A DNA stretch of 20,019 nucleotides from a virus, in UHGV virus genome UHGV-1706396; one strand, 5' to 3'. Position numbers and translations under genes: made by a program. The notes below the pieces were generated by a model that was not told where the DNA came from, made no database searches, and saw only the letters and a list, made by a program, of their open reading frames with translations. Below are positions 6,228 to 15,051 of the stretch, piece by piece (within the stretch, counting starts at the first letter, position 1; each line of letters opens with the position of its first letter).

Positions 6228-7546
6228 TCTTTATCTCCGATTCGATCTTCTGTATCGCGTAAGCAACGCGGCCATTTCAGTCGTGGGTGGCGTAAGCTGC
6301 CATCCGGCGTTTTCTCGTGACAATGAACCTCGACAATACGACCACGGTACTTCTCTTTGTTGTTCCAGATCTCGTCCAGATATTTATGCTTAATGCCGCT
6401 TGCACGAACAATCACACCGTTTTCAAGTCGAATAACAATTTTTCCAAGCGTGTTGGCAAAACCAGAGTCCGGGTCGCCCGGCTCAAAGTCGATAATTTCA
6501 CCATCTTCTGAATCTTCGTCTTTTAACTTCCACCAGCTGCGGGTACGTTTAAACTCGTAAACAGAGTTCGGATCTTTGCCCATCTCCCCTTCTTCGTTAT
6601 CGTCCAGGCGTTTCATGAAGCGTTCGATGAAGTCTTCGTGGCTATGGATGATGTAGAACGGATGTAGGTGAATGTCTTGCGCGTAGTCTTCACTGCGATC
6701 GTTTTTGAACAACGCCACGAGAATAGCCAGGCGCTCTTTCAGCTTCATACCTGTCTTTGCATACTCTTTGGATTTAGCCTGTGCCCGCCATTCCGGTAGG
6801 AAGAAGTCGAAAACATGATAAATAGCGCCAATTGCCTGCACGTTCTTTTTGCGCAATGCAGATACGGACTGGTTAAATGAACCGGCTGTTCCTTCACCAT
6901 CGAAGAAGATGTGTTTGTGGCCTGAAAGTTTGCCTAATTCGAGCATGGCTGGCTTTAGGTGATCGAGAGACGTGATTGGATTACCAGTACGAGAAAGGAA
7001 GTTCACCTCTTCCTCGTCAACAATAACCTCGCAAATTACTCGCAAACCATCGAGCTTAAGGCTGCCAATCATCGGCCATTTTGCTTTAGGATTTGGCTTG
7101 AAGGGGTATTTGTCGCCTTTTTCTTTATACGGTGACGCCAGCTGCACCTCGAATTTCGGAATGGGATTTTCAAAAACCTTGTTGCATAGGCTAATCCCAA
7201 CGCCAGCTTTCGGATCTTTTAAGAGGAAACGACGGAACACGTCCTGCCCATCGGCGCACATTGACGCCACGATAGACTCAACAGCAGCTATTGCTGCGTT
7301 CCCCGTCAGCTCGCGAGAGGCCAGCTTATTCAGTATATCAATGGCTTTTTCGTCACTTGGGACGGACTCACTAAGCGGCTCTGCCACTTTGTATTTCTTT
7401 ACCCCAAAACGGATGAAAGGGTTGAGCATCAATGAAACCATGCTTTGCTCGAAGTCATCCATGTTGGCCAATGCCTCTTTTTTTGCATTGGTTCCCATAG
7501 TTTTCATTTCGTCCAGCTTATGCTTAAGTGCGATCAACTTTTTCAT
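6224..7546 (-). CDS. ATP-dependent DNA ligase
   Basis: 440-aa ORF with the adenylation motif K-x-D-G in SLKLDGLRV, characteristic of ATP-dependent ligases. Confidence 0.8.
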   Translation of the reverse strand: MKKLIALKHKLDEMKTMGTNAKKEALANMDDFEQSMVSLMLNPFIRFGVKKYKVAEPLSESVPSDEKAIDILNKLASRELTGNAAIAAVESIVASMCADGQDVFRRFLLKDPKAGVGISLCNKVFENPIPKFEVQLASPYKEKGDKYPFKPNPKAKWPMIGSLKLDGLRVICEVIVDEEEVNFLSRTGNPITSLDHLKPAMLELGKLSGHKHIFFDGEGTAGSFNQSVSALRKKNVQAIGAIYHVFDFFLPEWRAQAKSKEYAKTGMKLKERLAILVALFKNDRSEDYAQDIHLHPFYIIHSHEDFIERFMKRLDDNEEGEMGKDPNSVYEFKRTRSWWKLKDEDSEDGEIIDFEPGDPDSGFANTLGKIVIRLENGVIVRASGIKHKYLDEIWNNKEKYRGRIVEVHCHEKTPDGSLRHPRLKWPRCLRDTEDRIGDKE

Positions 7547-8025
7547 TGTTGTTTTGCCTCCATATGTTGATCGATTTGCTCATGTGTTTCTTTTGTTGTT
7601 TCTTCAAGCAACGCCGCATACACGTCAGTGATCGCTGTTTGTGATGTGGTGCTCTTCTTAACCATGCTATTAATCGTTACACTGTCACGTTTTCGTTTTA
7701 TAGTTCTGGCTTGTTTATTCCGTTCTTCAACCTCCTTAATGAGCGCGGTCATATCTTCGAAATACAGAGATTCTCCTTTACGAATCTCTTCAACCATCAT
7801 TTTTAACGCCTTGCATTTGCCTGCTTTGATAGCGGTTGCGCACGACTGGAATGAAGTTCGAGGAAGACGGTTTTCTTTGAAGGCAAGAATGGTGTGCTGG
7901 CAAACGGAGTAGCTGCAATATGCCGACTCACCGTTTATCTTTACTTCCTCACAACGAAGTGAATAACCATTATTTCCTGAAATAGAGGGGATTTTTGACA
8001 AATCAGCTTTCACAACTACCGCCAT
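7543..8025 (-). CDS. Hypothetical protein, Cys-rich N-terminal region (possible zinc-binding)
   Basis: 160-aa ORF with ATG start; stop overlaps the ligase start (ATGA); cysteines in CEEVKINGESAYCSYSVCQH; no SD, but the GTACTTACCTATC motif lies 10 nt upstream. Confidence 0.5.
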   Translation of the reverse strand: MAVVVKADLSKIPSISGNNGYSLRCEEVKINGESAYCSYSVCQHTILAFKENRLPRTSFQSCATAIKAGKCKALKMMVEEIRKGESLYFEDMTALIKEVEERNKQARTIKRKRDSVTINSMVKKSTTSQTAITDVYAALLEETTKETHEQIDQHMEAKQQ

Positions 8026-8034
8026 AAATAATCT

Positions 8035-8048
8035 TGTACTTACCTATC
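8035..8048. promoter_or_regulatory. Recurrent 14-mer TGTACTTACCTATC (identical copy at 17093-17106; near-copy at 12347-12359)
   Basis: Exact 14-mer duplicated 9 kb apart, each upstream of a minus-strand gene start. Confidence 0.35.
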
Positions 8049-8080
8049 GTTATTTGCGTAAAAAACGACGCGCGGAGAGA

Positions 8081-8863
8081 TTACCAACTTCCCCAGCTAA
8101 CCATCTTGCGCTGATTGCTTTCTAAGCGATAGGGGACAAGAAGCTCTGTGACATGATTGGTGGCGTATGATTTAGCCTCTTGCTCTATCATCGGTAATTC
8201 GTTAGCAATCCTGACCATCTTCCCAGCAAATTCCGCCATTACGCCATCACATGCCTTCCCAGCATCAATAACGATATGCACCAGATCCAACTGGCTTTTG
8301 CACATGTCGCAAAGAGACGCATACTCACTCTCTCTGATTACATTTACGGCATCATTAGCCCCTTTATTAAGCAAGACTTCCAACAGGTTTGTCGGGGTAA
8401 CAAAATCGGCTTTAAGTGACAATGTTCTCTCACCTTTTATCGACCGTAAGTACTCTTCGTAGTTTTGCTTGTCTTCCAGCAAAACTAAGCTATGCATAGT
8501 TAGAAGTGATTCCTGAATAGCCTCTTCAATAATACTGTCGTTTGGCGCACAAAAAACGGTATTTGTGTAGATCACTTTTCCATCCATCCATGCACCAACC
8601 TGCACTTTAAGACTGAGCGGGTTTTCTTTGCTAATAAAAACAACTAATGCAGAACGCCGTGCACAAGAAGGTTCACCCCATACGTGTAACTCAACCTTCA
8701 GATAAGGTAGCCCTGGTAGCGGGATCTCAACCAAACGAGTGGCGATATGATCCATTGCCGTTTTTACCGCTTTTTCAATGATGTCTAGTCGATTGCTCTC
8801 GCTGATTTCTAAACCAGTTTTATCAATGATGTCGCAGGCTAATTTCTGAATTTCGTCTTTCAT
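8081..8863 (-). CDS. Hypothetical protein (260 aa)
   Basis: Long ORF with ATG start and AGGAG RBS 7 nt upstream; no recognisable motifs. Confidence 0.55.
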   Translation of the reverse strand: MKDEIQKLACDIIDKTGLEISESNRLDIIEKAVKTAMDHIATRLVEIPLPGLPYLKVELHVWGEPSCARRSALVVFISKENPLSLKVQVGAWMDGKVIYTNTVFCAPNDSIIEEAIQESLLTMHSLVLLEDKQNYEEYLRSIKGERTLSLKADFVTPTNLLEVLLNKGANDAVNVIRESEYASLCDMCKSQLDLVHIVIDAGKACDGVMAEFAGKMVRIANELPMIEQEAKSYATNHVTELLVPYRLESNQRKMVSWGSW

Positions 8864-8904
8864 ACCAACTCCTAGCTAACAGATGAAAGTATTCTTACAG
8901 AAAG

Positions 8905-8924
8905 ATAAGTAATCATCTACTTAT
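8905..8924. promoter_or_regulatory. Operator-like palindrome ATAAGT-N8-ACTTAT (copy 3 of 3)
   Basis: gATAAGT-aatcatct-ACTTATt, about 40 bp upstream of the 8081-8863 gene start and just 3' of the primase stop. Confidence 0.35.
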
Positions 8925-8938
8925 TTTAGCGGCACTTG

Positions 8939-10120
8939 TTACGATAGCGCCTTAATGCCCAAAACCTTGCTTTGCAACTCCAACTGTTTGGTATACGGTT
9001 TTGCCCGATAATAGGCTTTGATAATTTGTTCTGGCGTTGCACCGCCCGGGTCGAGTCCTTCCTCACCCAAACACGCAACTTTGACATTAAGACCGATACT
9101 GGTCAGTCGCCTGGCTGCGGCCATAGTGTTGCGTATAGCTTGCTTTTCACTATCCCACATCATGATCACATTACGTAACCCACGCGCCTTGAGCGTCAGG
9201 AACGCGCCTAACTGATCTTCTGCATCCTGAGTGGTGTTACCAGATAGATGCATCCCGAACGTTCCTATCGGTTCCACGTAATCACGTAATGTTTCTTCAT
9301 CAAAAATAGCTCGTTTAACCCCCATAACATCGAACGCCCCCTCACAGACAACTACAGTCTGTTTGCCGACCGCATTATGGCCGTTGTAGAGAAACTTACC
9401 TGAAGCTGGAAGCTGCATAGGAAAGAGGTAGCGGCGTTCTGCTGTACCGGTAATGTCTCGTCCCTGAAATGTCTTCATTACCCCATCCAGATCGTAAACC
9501 GGTATCAGTATTCGCATATCGAATATCTGTCCTTTAACCTGATCTGTATACGGATCTACATAAGCGTGCTTGCCTTCGACGCAGTATCGTAGGTCAAAAT
9601 ACTTTGCCATTTCAGGCGATATGTTTCGTTCAACCAGATAGTCTGGAAGACGGCCATCTATAGGAAGTTCGTAATGACGAGGGAGTGCAAGTGGTCCCTC
9701 TAACTCGACTGTGCTTGTAAGCACTATCTCTTCTTTCTTTGGTGCCCACCCCTGGGAAAGAAGAGCGTTCTGCACATATTCCTCGAACTGTCGTCGTGAT
9801 TTACCGCTGTAGTGCTTGAGGAAGACCAGCTTATTGAACTGAATCTCTTCGGGATGATCACCAGCGAAGCATTTGCCGACGCCACTGGTCAGATTGAAAT
9901 ATACCTTCCAGTTGGAGCTGCCGCATACCGGACACTCCTTGATATTCACTTCACGACCGCGAGCACTCACGCCTCCACGTCGATAAACGATACCTTCAGT
10001 GTCCAACCATTGTTCAAAATCTAATTCGGTAATTAGCTCTTTCAGCTCGCTCACGATAATTCCACTTTTAACAGGCAATATTGTGACCAACCTAAATGTT
10101 GATATAACATAAAGGCTCAT
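8939..10120 (-). CDS. DNA primase (zinc-ribbon plus TOPRIM, DnaG/T7 gp4 primase-like)
   Basis: Zinc-binding CPVCGSS...CFAGDH; TOPRIM-like VVVCEGAFDVMGV and MMWDSE. Start uncertain: the track start (GTG at 10192) lies inside a hairpin; first ATG is at 10120 with a weak RBS; a GTG at 10054 with GGA upstream is an alternative. Confidence 0.7.
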   Translation of the reverse strand: MSLYVISTFRLVTILPVKSGIIVSELKELITELDFEQWLDTEGIVYRRGGVSARGREVNIKECPVCGSSNWKVYFNLTSGVGKCFAGDHPEEIQFNKLVFLKHYSGKSRRQFEEYVQNALLSQGWAPKKEEIVLTSTVELEGPLALPRHYELPIDGRLPDYLVERNISPEMAKYFDLRYCVEGKHAYVDPYTDQVKGQIFDMRILIPVYDLDGVMKTFQGRDITGTAERRYLFPMQLPASGKFLYNGHNAVGKQTVVVCEGAFDVMGVKRAIFDEETLRDYVEPIGTFGMHLSGNTTQDAEDQLGAFLTLKARGLRNVIMMWDSEKQAIRNTMAAARRLTSIGLNVKVACLGEEGLDPGGATPEQIIKAYYRAKPYTKQLELQSKVLGIKALS

Positions 10121-10171
10121 GTGTTTTTCTTTTGTGGTTTGGCAAAAGAAAAGTTGTTTCACCAATGAATC

Positions 10172-10203
10172 AAGCGTGGAGGTGTTCTCCACGCTTATTT
10201 TTT
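10172..10203 (+). terminator. Hairpin with downstream T-run between the helicase and primase genes (plus-strand intrinsic terminator geometry)
   Basis: AAGCGTGGAG-gtgtt-CTCCACGCTT at 10172-10196 followed by a 6-T run (10198-10203) that overlaps the helicase stop codon. Confidence 0.45.
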
Positions 10204-11542
10204 AGGTAACGTCTAAGATCCGCTCAATGAAGCGCATTTGTTCGAGGTTTTGTTTAACACGAATGCTGATCCCTCCCTGCTGGTTACGCGAACCAGCAAA
10301 GTAGAGACGAGCCTCTCCTTTCGCTTCTTCTTCTTCGGTTTTGTTGATCGTTATTACCAGGTCAGCAATACGTACTTTTTCGATGTTGTCGGCGGCGTGC
10401 ATCATTGTGGCAACTTCTGACGCGCCACCTTCACGGTTTGTCTGCGATGCCGTGATTCCAGCAACGTTATGTTTGTCATAAAGAGCACGTAAATCGGTGT
10501 AGATACTACGAATGTTGGCGCGATCATCACGAAGGTCATAACTGGCACGCATCAAATCTGCGTAGTCGACAACAAGCATGTCAGGCACCATGCCATTGGC
10601 TTTCATACTGTTAAGCATACGGTCCAGATCTGCCGGTGACATACTTCCTGACGGACGCTCAACAACCCACAAACTACCAATCCCCTTAGTGGCTCCCAAC
10701 TCTGCCAACTTACGATGAACTTCATCGCGCCGTTCCACCAGCTTGGACATTTCCGTCTCCGACAATCTTGCATCAAAGCGGTCGGACAAAATGTTGGTGT
10801 GAACCTCCAGCGAGAGATACAGAACATTGTAGCCAGCAAGCGTTGCGTTTATGGAAAACTCACCCATTGCGGTCGATTTACCGGATTTAGCGAACCCCAT
10901 GAAGAGCACCATTTCGCGCTTTGCCCAGCCTTTTTGGTACAGCAACCTATCGAGAAGAGGGAGTCCTGTTGTAATACTGTTTGGTACATACTCCTCTGAA
11001 GCCTCATATTCACGCGCTTTCAATCGCTCACTTGCGGAGGTGTAGTAGTCATAGATTCCGGTCGCTTCGTTCGATCCAATCTGCTGAACCTTGGCCATGA
11101 TTGCCATCGCCCCCTGAAAGTCGCCTTTCTCTTTCAGTTCAGCAGCCTTAATCAGAGCATCATCAAACGCTACGCTTTTTGCGAAGGTTGATACCTGGTC
11201 AACCATGTACGAGGTATCGGACAATTTTTCTGCAAGGATGCGCTTAAACGCAGCAACAACATCGGCGAATAGTTCCTCACGGATAGTCTTATCGCGTTTC
11301 GCACGCTTAAGCATATCCAGAATTGCAGATGAAGAGGGCGCGCTCTTGTACATACGGTAATAGCCCGAAACCATATTAACCAATATGGCATTGGCCGCAT
11401 TGGCAAATTGGCTAGGTACAACAAGATCTCCCGCACGAGTAAGAAACTCGTGATCACGACAAAAATAGGCCGTCAATCTGTTCTGAAAATCTTCATCAAA
11501 CTCTTCGGACAGCCCGCGTCCTGTATGGCAAAGTTCTGTCAT
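10202..11542 (-). CDS. Replicative DNA helicase (DnaB / T7 gp4 helicase-like)
   Basis: 446-aa ORF with Walker A GFAKSGKST in the C-terminal half; adjacent to the primase gene. Confidence 0.8.
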   Translation of the reverse strand: MTELCHTGRGLSEEFDEDFQNRLTAYFCRDHEFLTRAGDLVVPSQFANAANAILVNMVSGYYRMYKSAPSSSAILDMLKRAKRDKTIREELFADVVAAFKRILAEKLSDTSYMVDQVSTFAKSVAFDDALIKAAELKEKGDFQGAMAIMAKVQQIGSNEATGIYDYYTSASERLKAREYEASEEYVPNSITTGLPLLDRLLYQKGWAKREMVLFMGFAKSGKSTAMGEFSINATLAGYNVLYLSLEVHTNILSDRFDARLSETEMSKLVERRDEVHRKLAELGATKGIGSLWVVERPSGSMSPADLDRMLNSMKANGMVPDMLVVDYADLMRASYDLRDDRANIRSIYTDLRALYDKHNVAGITASQTNREGGASEVATMMHAADNIEKVRIADLVITINKTEEEEAKGEARLYFAGSRNQQGGISIRVKQNLEQMRFIERILDVT

Positions 11543-11585
11543 GTGCTTTCCTTTGTTTTTTAAACAAATTGTTTTCTAGTATTAG

Positions 11586-12326
11586 TTAATTAGATAGGGG
11601 ATCAATAAACCGCCGTGCTTCTTCCAGTTCTTCTGGAAAGTGGGCGGAAATAAGGCGCTCTGGAACTATTTCCATTAGCCAGATAGCGGAGAAAATTGCG
11701 CGTATGCGCTTGCTGCGGGGGATGGTGCGTAAACGCTCCAGAATCCACTCAAAATAGCTTTCCTGGATCGGGTTGAACTGCATGTCTCCCATATGCTTAA
11801 AACTAACCAGAGAGTCATCCAGACGGGTTGTTGCGCGTCTGGCTAATTTCTCTTCAAATATCTCAATCAGTTCTGGCTGCCACAAATGCTGTGGGCGAGG
11901 CAGCTTGTCCCACAGACGTCGTGCAGCTGCGGAAAGCACGGTGGAGATAAAGTAGTCGTATGAGCAGCAATAGCGGTCAGCAAACTGGCGTGCTTTCCAT
12001 AGCGACGTTTTATTGGCAGTCGACAACTCCTGATAAGGCAGGCGTTTTAACCCGGTGGTGAACGGAGCTGTTTCAAAGTGTTCACGACCGTGCGTCAGCA
12101 TGATATTTGAGTACTGACGTTTGTATGCCTCCGTAAACAGACAGGTGGCCATAAGAGGATGCATGTCGCGGTAATCAAACCACTTCGTATCGAAGAGTTC
12201 AGCCTCGTCTTTGCAGCGCGACAAACCAATGTTTTCAGCAACCCACTTATCCATAACAGCGGTATTCCACTCTGTCATGAAGTCGTACTGGTCGTTGTCG
12301 ATGGTGTCGAAAAAGATTTGGCTCAT
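11586..12326 (-). CDS. Hypothetical protein next to the helicase (function unknown; a helicase-loader or initiator role is only speculation)
   Basis: Track ORF begins at a GTG (12335); the ATG at 12326 has an AGGTGA RBS about 7 nt upstream and is preferred. No conserved motifs recognised. Confidence 0.5.
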   Translation of the reverse strand: MSQIFFDTIDNDQYDFMTEWNTAVMDKWVAENIGLSRCKDEAELFDTKWFDYRDMHPLMATCLFTEAYKRQYSNIMLTHGREHFETAPFTTGLKRLPYQELSTANKTSLWKARQFADRYCCSYDYFISTVLSAAARRLWDKLPRPQHLWQPELIEIFEEKLARRATTRLDDSLVSFKHMGDMQFNPIQESYFEWILERLRTIPRSKRIRAIFSAIWLMEIVPERLISAHFPEELEEARRFIDPLSN

Positions 12327-12442
12327 GTGGCTCACCTGGTAGGTAGTTACTTACTTATCACAATGAGCGGATGATAGCGACTGGTGGCAGTTTTTGGAAG
12401 TGGAAACGGAAGGGAGTTGTTCTGGTGGTGTCTTTTAAAAGA

Positions 12443-12497
12443 CCTGCTTCCGTATATATTTAATAAGTTACTTATTATTTATATATACAGAAGCAGG
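12443..12497. repeat. Large AT-rich near-palindrome (about 55 bp) in a divergent intergenic region
   Basis: CCTGCTTCCGTATATAT...ATATATACAGAAGCAGG with central palindrome AATAAGT-T-ACTTATT (12462-12476); arms match apart from one substitution and small indels. Confidence 0.6.
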
Positions 12498-12608
12498 CAT
12501 AACTTGTCGTCTTAGACGCCCAGAAGCTCTACACTTTGAGCCTGTTAAATTGATTAAAAACTTATGTGTAAAATAGAACGCATTAGTCAGTAGCTAAGAG
12601 ATGCAATA

Positions 12609-13376
12609 ATGGACGATTTATCGGTATACGCGAGATCATTGGATAAGGCTAAATACTATGTTTACTGTCTCTATGATACAGAAGACAAGATGAAAAGACC
12701 GTTTTACATAGGAAAAGGCAAATCGACTCGTTGTCTCGATCACATCAAGTATCCCGATGACTCTCCCAAATCCATGCGGATCAAAGAACTTTTGGCTAAT
12801 AAAAAATTAGGCATAGATATTCTTCGTCATGGTATGGATGAAACCACAGCCAAACTTGTTGAGGCGACATGCATCGACCTTATGGGGGTCGGAGAGCTTA
12901 CGAATAAGGTACGAGGAAGTGGTTCCATGATGGGCAGAATATCACTGGACGCCTACCATCACTTAGTGCTGCAAGAGGAAACTGAAATTGCTCCTGAGCA
13001 CGCCGGTCTTGCCTTCCTGCTAAACAGCACCTACAAGTCAGGAATGTCCGCTCTGGCATTATATGAAGCTACGCGTGGCGTATGGGCAAAGGTTCCAAGA
13101 GACGAGAATCTCAAATATGCCTACGCTACATATGGTGGGCTGATAATGGAAGTTTATCAGATTGAATGCTGGGTCAAAGCCGGTTCTCAGCAGTACTTTA
13201 CAAGGGATATAGCTCTTGGCCCCGACACAAAACGTTATGAATTTGTTGGCAGAATAGCCGATGAGCATATTAGAAAACTGTATGTAGGCAAATTAATCAA
13301 GAAGCCACCAAGCTACGGTAGCCCTTTTGTGAAGGTTGGGGTGGTTAGGACTGAACATAGTGTTAGCGCGGCATAA
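12609..13376 (+). CDS. GIY-YIG nuclease-domain protein with uncharacterised C-terminal domain (homing-endonuclease-like or defence nuclease)
   Basis: N-terminal YYVYCLYD...PFYIGKGKSTRCLDH matches the GIY-YIG core pattern (compare UvrC VY..YD..YIGKAK..R); lone plus-strand gene with its own terminator. Confidence 0.55.
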   Translation: MDDLSVYARSLDKAKYYVYCLYDTEDKMKRPFYIGKGKSTRCLDHIKYPDDSPKSMRIKELLANKKLGIDILRHGMDETTAKLVEATCIDLMGVGELTNKVRGSGSMMGRISLDAYHHLVLQEETEIAPEHAGLAFLLNSTYKSGMSALALYEATRGVWAKVPRDENLKYAYATYGGLIMEVYQIECWVKAGSQQYFTRDIALGPDTKRYEFVGRIADEHIRKLYVGKLIKKPPSYGSPFVKVGVVRTEHSVSAA

Positions 13377-13392
13377 AGCTGACATTGTACTT

Positions 13393-13430
13393 ATGCATTG
13401 GCGCGTACATTGCGCCAATGCATAATTTTT
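13393..13430 (+). terminator. Rho-independent terminator after the GIY-YIG gene
   Basis: 12-bp perfect stem ATGCATTGGCGC / GCGCCAATGCAT with 7-nt loop, followed by AATTTTT. Confidence 0.7.
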
Positions 13431-13788
13431 AACCTTTCTTCATCAACTCTCGTTTGATTTCATCGGTACGCATCGTGACATCGGCAGCTGTGATCGCCTC
13501 GTTAAGTTTCACGATGTCCTCGATTTCCTGCGGTGACTTCTCTGCCAGATGGAAAATGGCTGCTCGAATCACGTCTGAACGAGTGAACTTCTCGAAGCGA
13601 GGGATGAACTTCATCATCTCCAGCAGTTCGAAGTATTCGTCCTCCAGTGACATTGTGCGGCTTTTAATTTTCTCTTTGCCACGAGTCGGGCGTCCCTGTG
13701 GTCTGAGTGGTTGGCGCAAAGGAGTTGTATTCTTAGCCGGTTCATCAGTCTCTTTGCGCTTTGCTAGGTCACCCATTTTCATGGACAT
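13429..13788 (-). CDS. Small partition protein, ribbon-helix-helix type (ParG/ParB-like centromere-binding protein)
   Basis: 119-aa ORF coupled to parA (TAATG overlap); basic disordered N-terminus then RHH-like segment KSRTMSLEDEYFELLEMM...SDVIRAAIFHL. Confidence 0.5.
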   Translation of the reverse strand: MSMKMGDLAKRKETDEPAKNTTPLRQPLRPQGRPTRGKEKIKSRTMSLEDEYFELLEMMKFIPRFEKFTRSDVIRAAIFHLAEKSPQEIEDIVKLNEAITAADVTMRTDEIKRELMKKG

Positions 13789-14456
13789 TATTCTTCTTCC
13801 TCCAGACTCAACAGATAATCTACAAATTCTTCAAACTCGGCTTCCGCTTTTTTGTCGCGCTCGCTACCGATCATTTCAAAGATAGAACGACCAGACTCTT
13901 CCGCATCATCGTAGACGTTGCGGTTATATAGATTGACTGGCGCAGACTCGATGCCAAACGTCTCAACAATCTCTTTAGCCGCCAGAATGCGAGACACTTG
14001 TGATGGCAAAGCCGGGCACTGGTTCATGACAGCGCGGACCTTCACTTTATCGTTTACATTACGAACATTGTCGATAATAGGATCGATGTCACGCAGAGAT
14101 TTCAAATCACGACGCTTAGGGCGAAGCGGGATAATGATAACGTCGGCCATCAGCATCGCTTGTCGCTGAATTTCGGAGTCAAAGCCACCAGCATCTACCA
14201 CTACAAACTCAGCTCTACCCTGAAGCGATTTTAGGTGCTTAATGATGTCATCCTGAACGTATGCAAAAGGTATCAGCTCAAGGTCTTCGTTCTGTCGACG
14301 GTCTTCACACCAGCTTGTTGTCGTGCGCTGAATATCTATATCAGTGATATAAACCTTCTTCTTCTTTTTGATTTTCAGGCAAACGGCAATTTGCTGGGCA
14401 ACGGTGGATTTGCCAGGCCCGCCCTTTGTGCCGCCAACCACAAAGATCTTGGTCAT
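13788..14456 (-). CDS. parA: ParA/ParF-family partition ATPase (type Ib)
   Basis: 222-aa ORF with deviant Walker A near the N-terminus (GGTKGGPGKST); followed by a small coupled gene. Confidence 0.8.
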   Translation of the reverse strand: MTKIFVVGGTKGGPGKSTVAQQIAVCLKIKKKKKVYITDIDIQRTTTSWCEDRRQNEDLELIPFAYVQDDIIKHLKSLQGRAEFVVVDAGGFDSEIQRQAMLMADVIIIPLRPKRRDLKSLRDIDPIIDNVRNVNDKVKVRAVMNQCPALPSQVSRILAAKEIVETFGIESAPVNLYNRNVYDDAEESGRSIFEMIGSERDKKAEAEFEEFVDYLLSLEEEE

Positions 14457-14679
14457 TGGAGAGTTCCCTTTGCGTCTATTATTATCGTCTGAAACAACTT
14501 GTTTTCTTATATGTGATATAGCCTAAATGCCTACGGCTACGGTGTAAAGGTTAAATGGTAGGTTGTGGTTAACAATTGGCAATCATTGCTTGTATTTGCC
14601 TGTTGAAAAAAGTAACAATGACCTCTATATTACAAGTACGGTGATATGCCGTACACAATTTGATAATGCACACGTAATG

Positions 14680-14689
14680 GGCTATAGCC
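14680..14689. promoter_or_regulatory. Palindrome GGCTATAGCC overlapping a candidate -10 of the toxin-antitoxin promoter (possible autoregulatory operator)
   Basis: TTGATA (14660-14665), 17-nt spacer, TATAGC (14683-14688); nearby GTACGG-N7-CCGTAC inverted repeat at 14636-14654. Confidence 0.3.
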
Positions 14690-14774
14690 TTTTAAAGTAA
14701 TTTTTGAGTCGAAAACTCAGTTTGAACAGAGGAGATTGATGGCCTTCCTACATCACGGCCATCAGGAGGAATAC

Positions 14775-15044
14775 ATGTCAGCACTAAAAAAGCAGCGCAT
14801 CGATTTGAGATTAACCGATGACGATAAAAGCATCATCGAGGAAGCTGCCGCAATGTCTAACCAGAGCATTACTCAGTTTATGGTTAGCAGTGCATCTGAA
14901 CGTGCCGTGAAAGTTATAGAGCAACACCGTAGACTAGTTCTGAATGAAGAATCCTGGAATCTGGTTATGGACGCTTTAAGCAATCCTCCGGCACCGAACG
15001 ACAAGCTGAAACGAGCTGCTGATCGTCTGAAAAGCATGGAGTAG
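14775..15044 (+). CDS. DUF1778-type antitoxin (TacA/AtaR-like) of a GNAT toxin-antitoxin pair
   Basis: Small ORF immediately upstream of the GNAT toxin gene. Start placed at the ATG at 14775, which has an AGGAGG RBS 5 nt upstream, rather than the TTG at 14736. Confidence 0.75.
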   Translation: MSALKKQRIDLRLTDDDKSIIEEAAAMSNQSITQFMVSSASERAVKVIEQHRRLVLNEESWNLVMDALSNPPAPNDKLKRAADRLKSME

Positions 15045-15051
15045 TTTACTC

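Noticed and set aside
6972-7631. 219-aa plus-strand ORF antisense to the ligase gene
   Set aside because: Entirely inside the motif-supported ligase ORF on the opposite strand, with serine-rich low-complexity translation typical of an antisense artefact.
10121-10192. N-terminal extension of the primase to the track start at 10192
   Set aside because: That start is a GTG inside the intergenic hairpin, and the extension encodes an odd hydrophobic leader.
13454-13885. 143-aa plus-strand ORF antisense to the partition genes
   Set aside because: Overlaps the coupled parA and RHH-protein genes on the opposite strand; no RBS.
14736-14774. Longer antitoxin start at the TTG at 14736 or the ATG at 14739
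   Set aside because: The RBS is too close to those codons, while the ATG at 14775 has an ideal AGGAGG spacing and gives the expected antitoxin length of about 89 aa.
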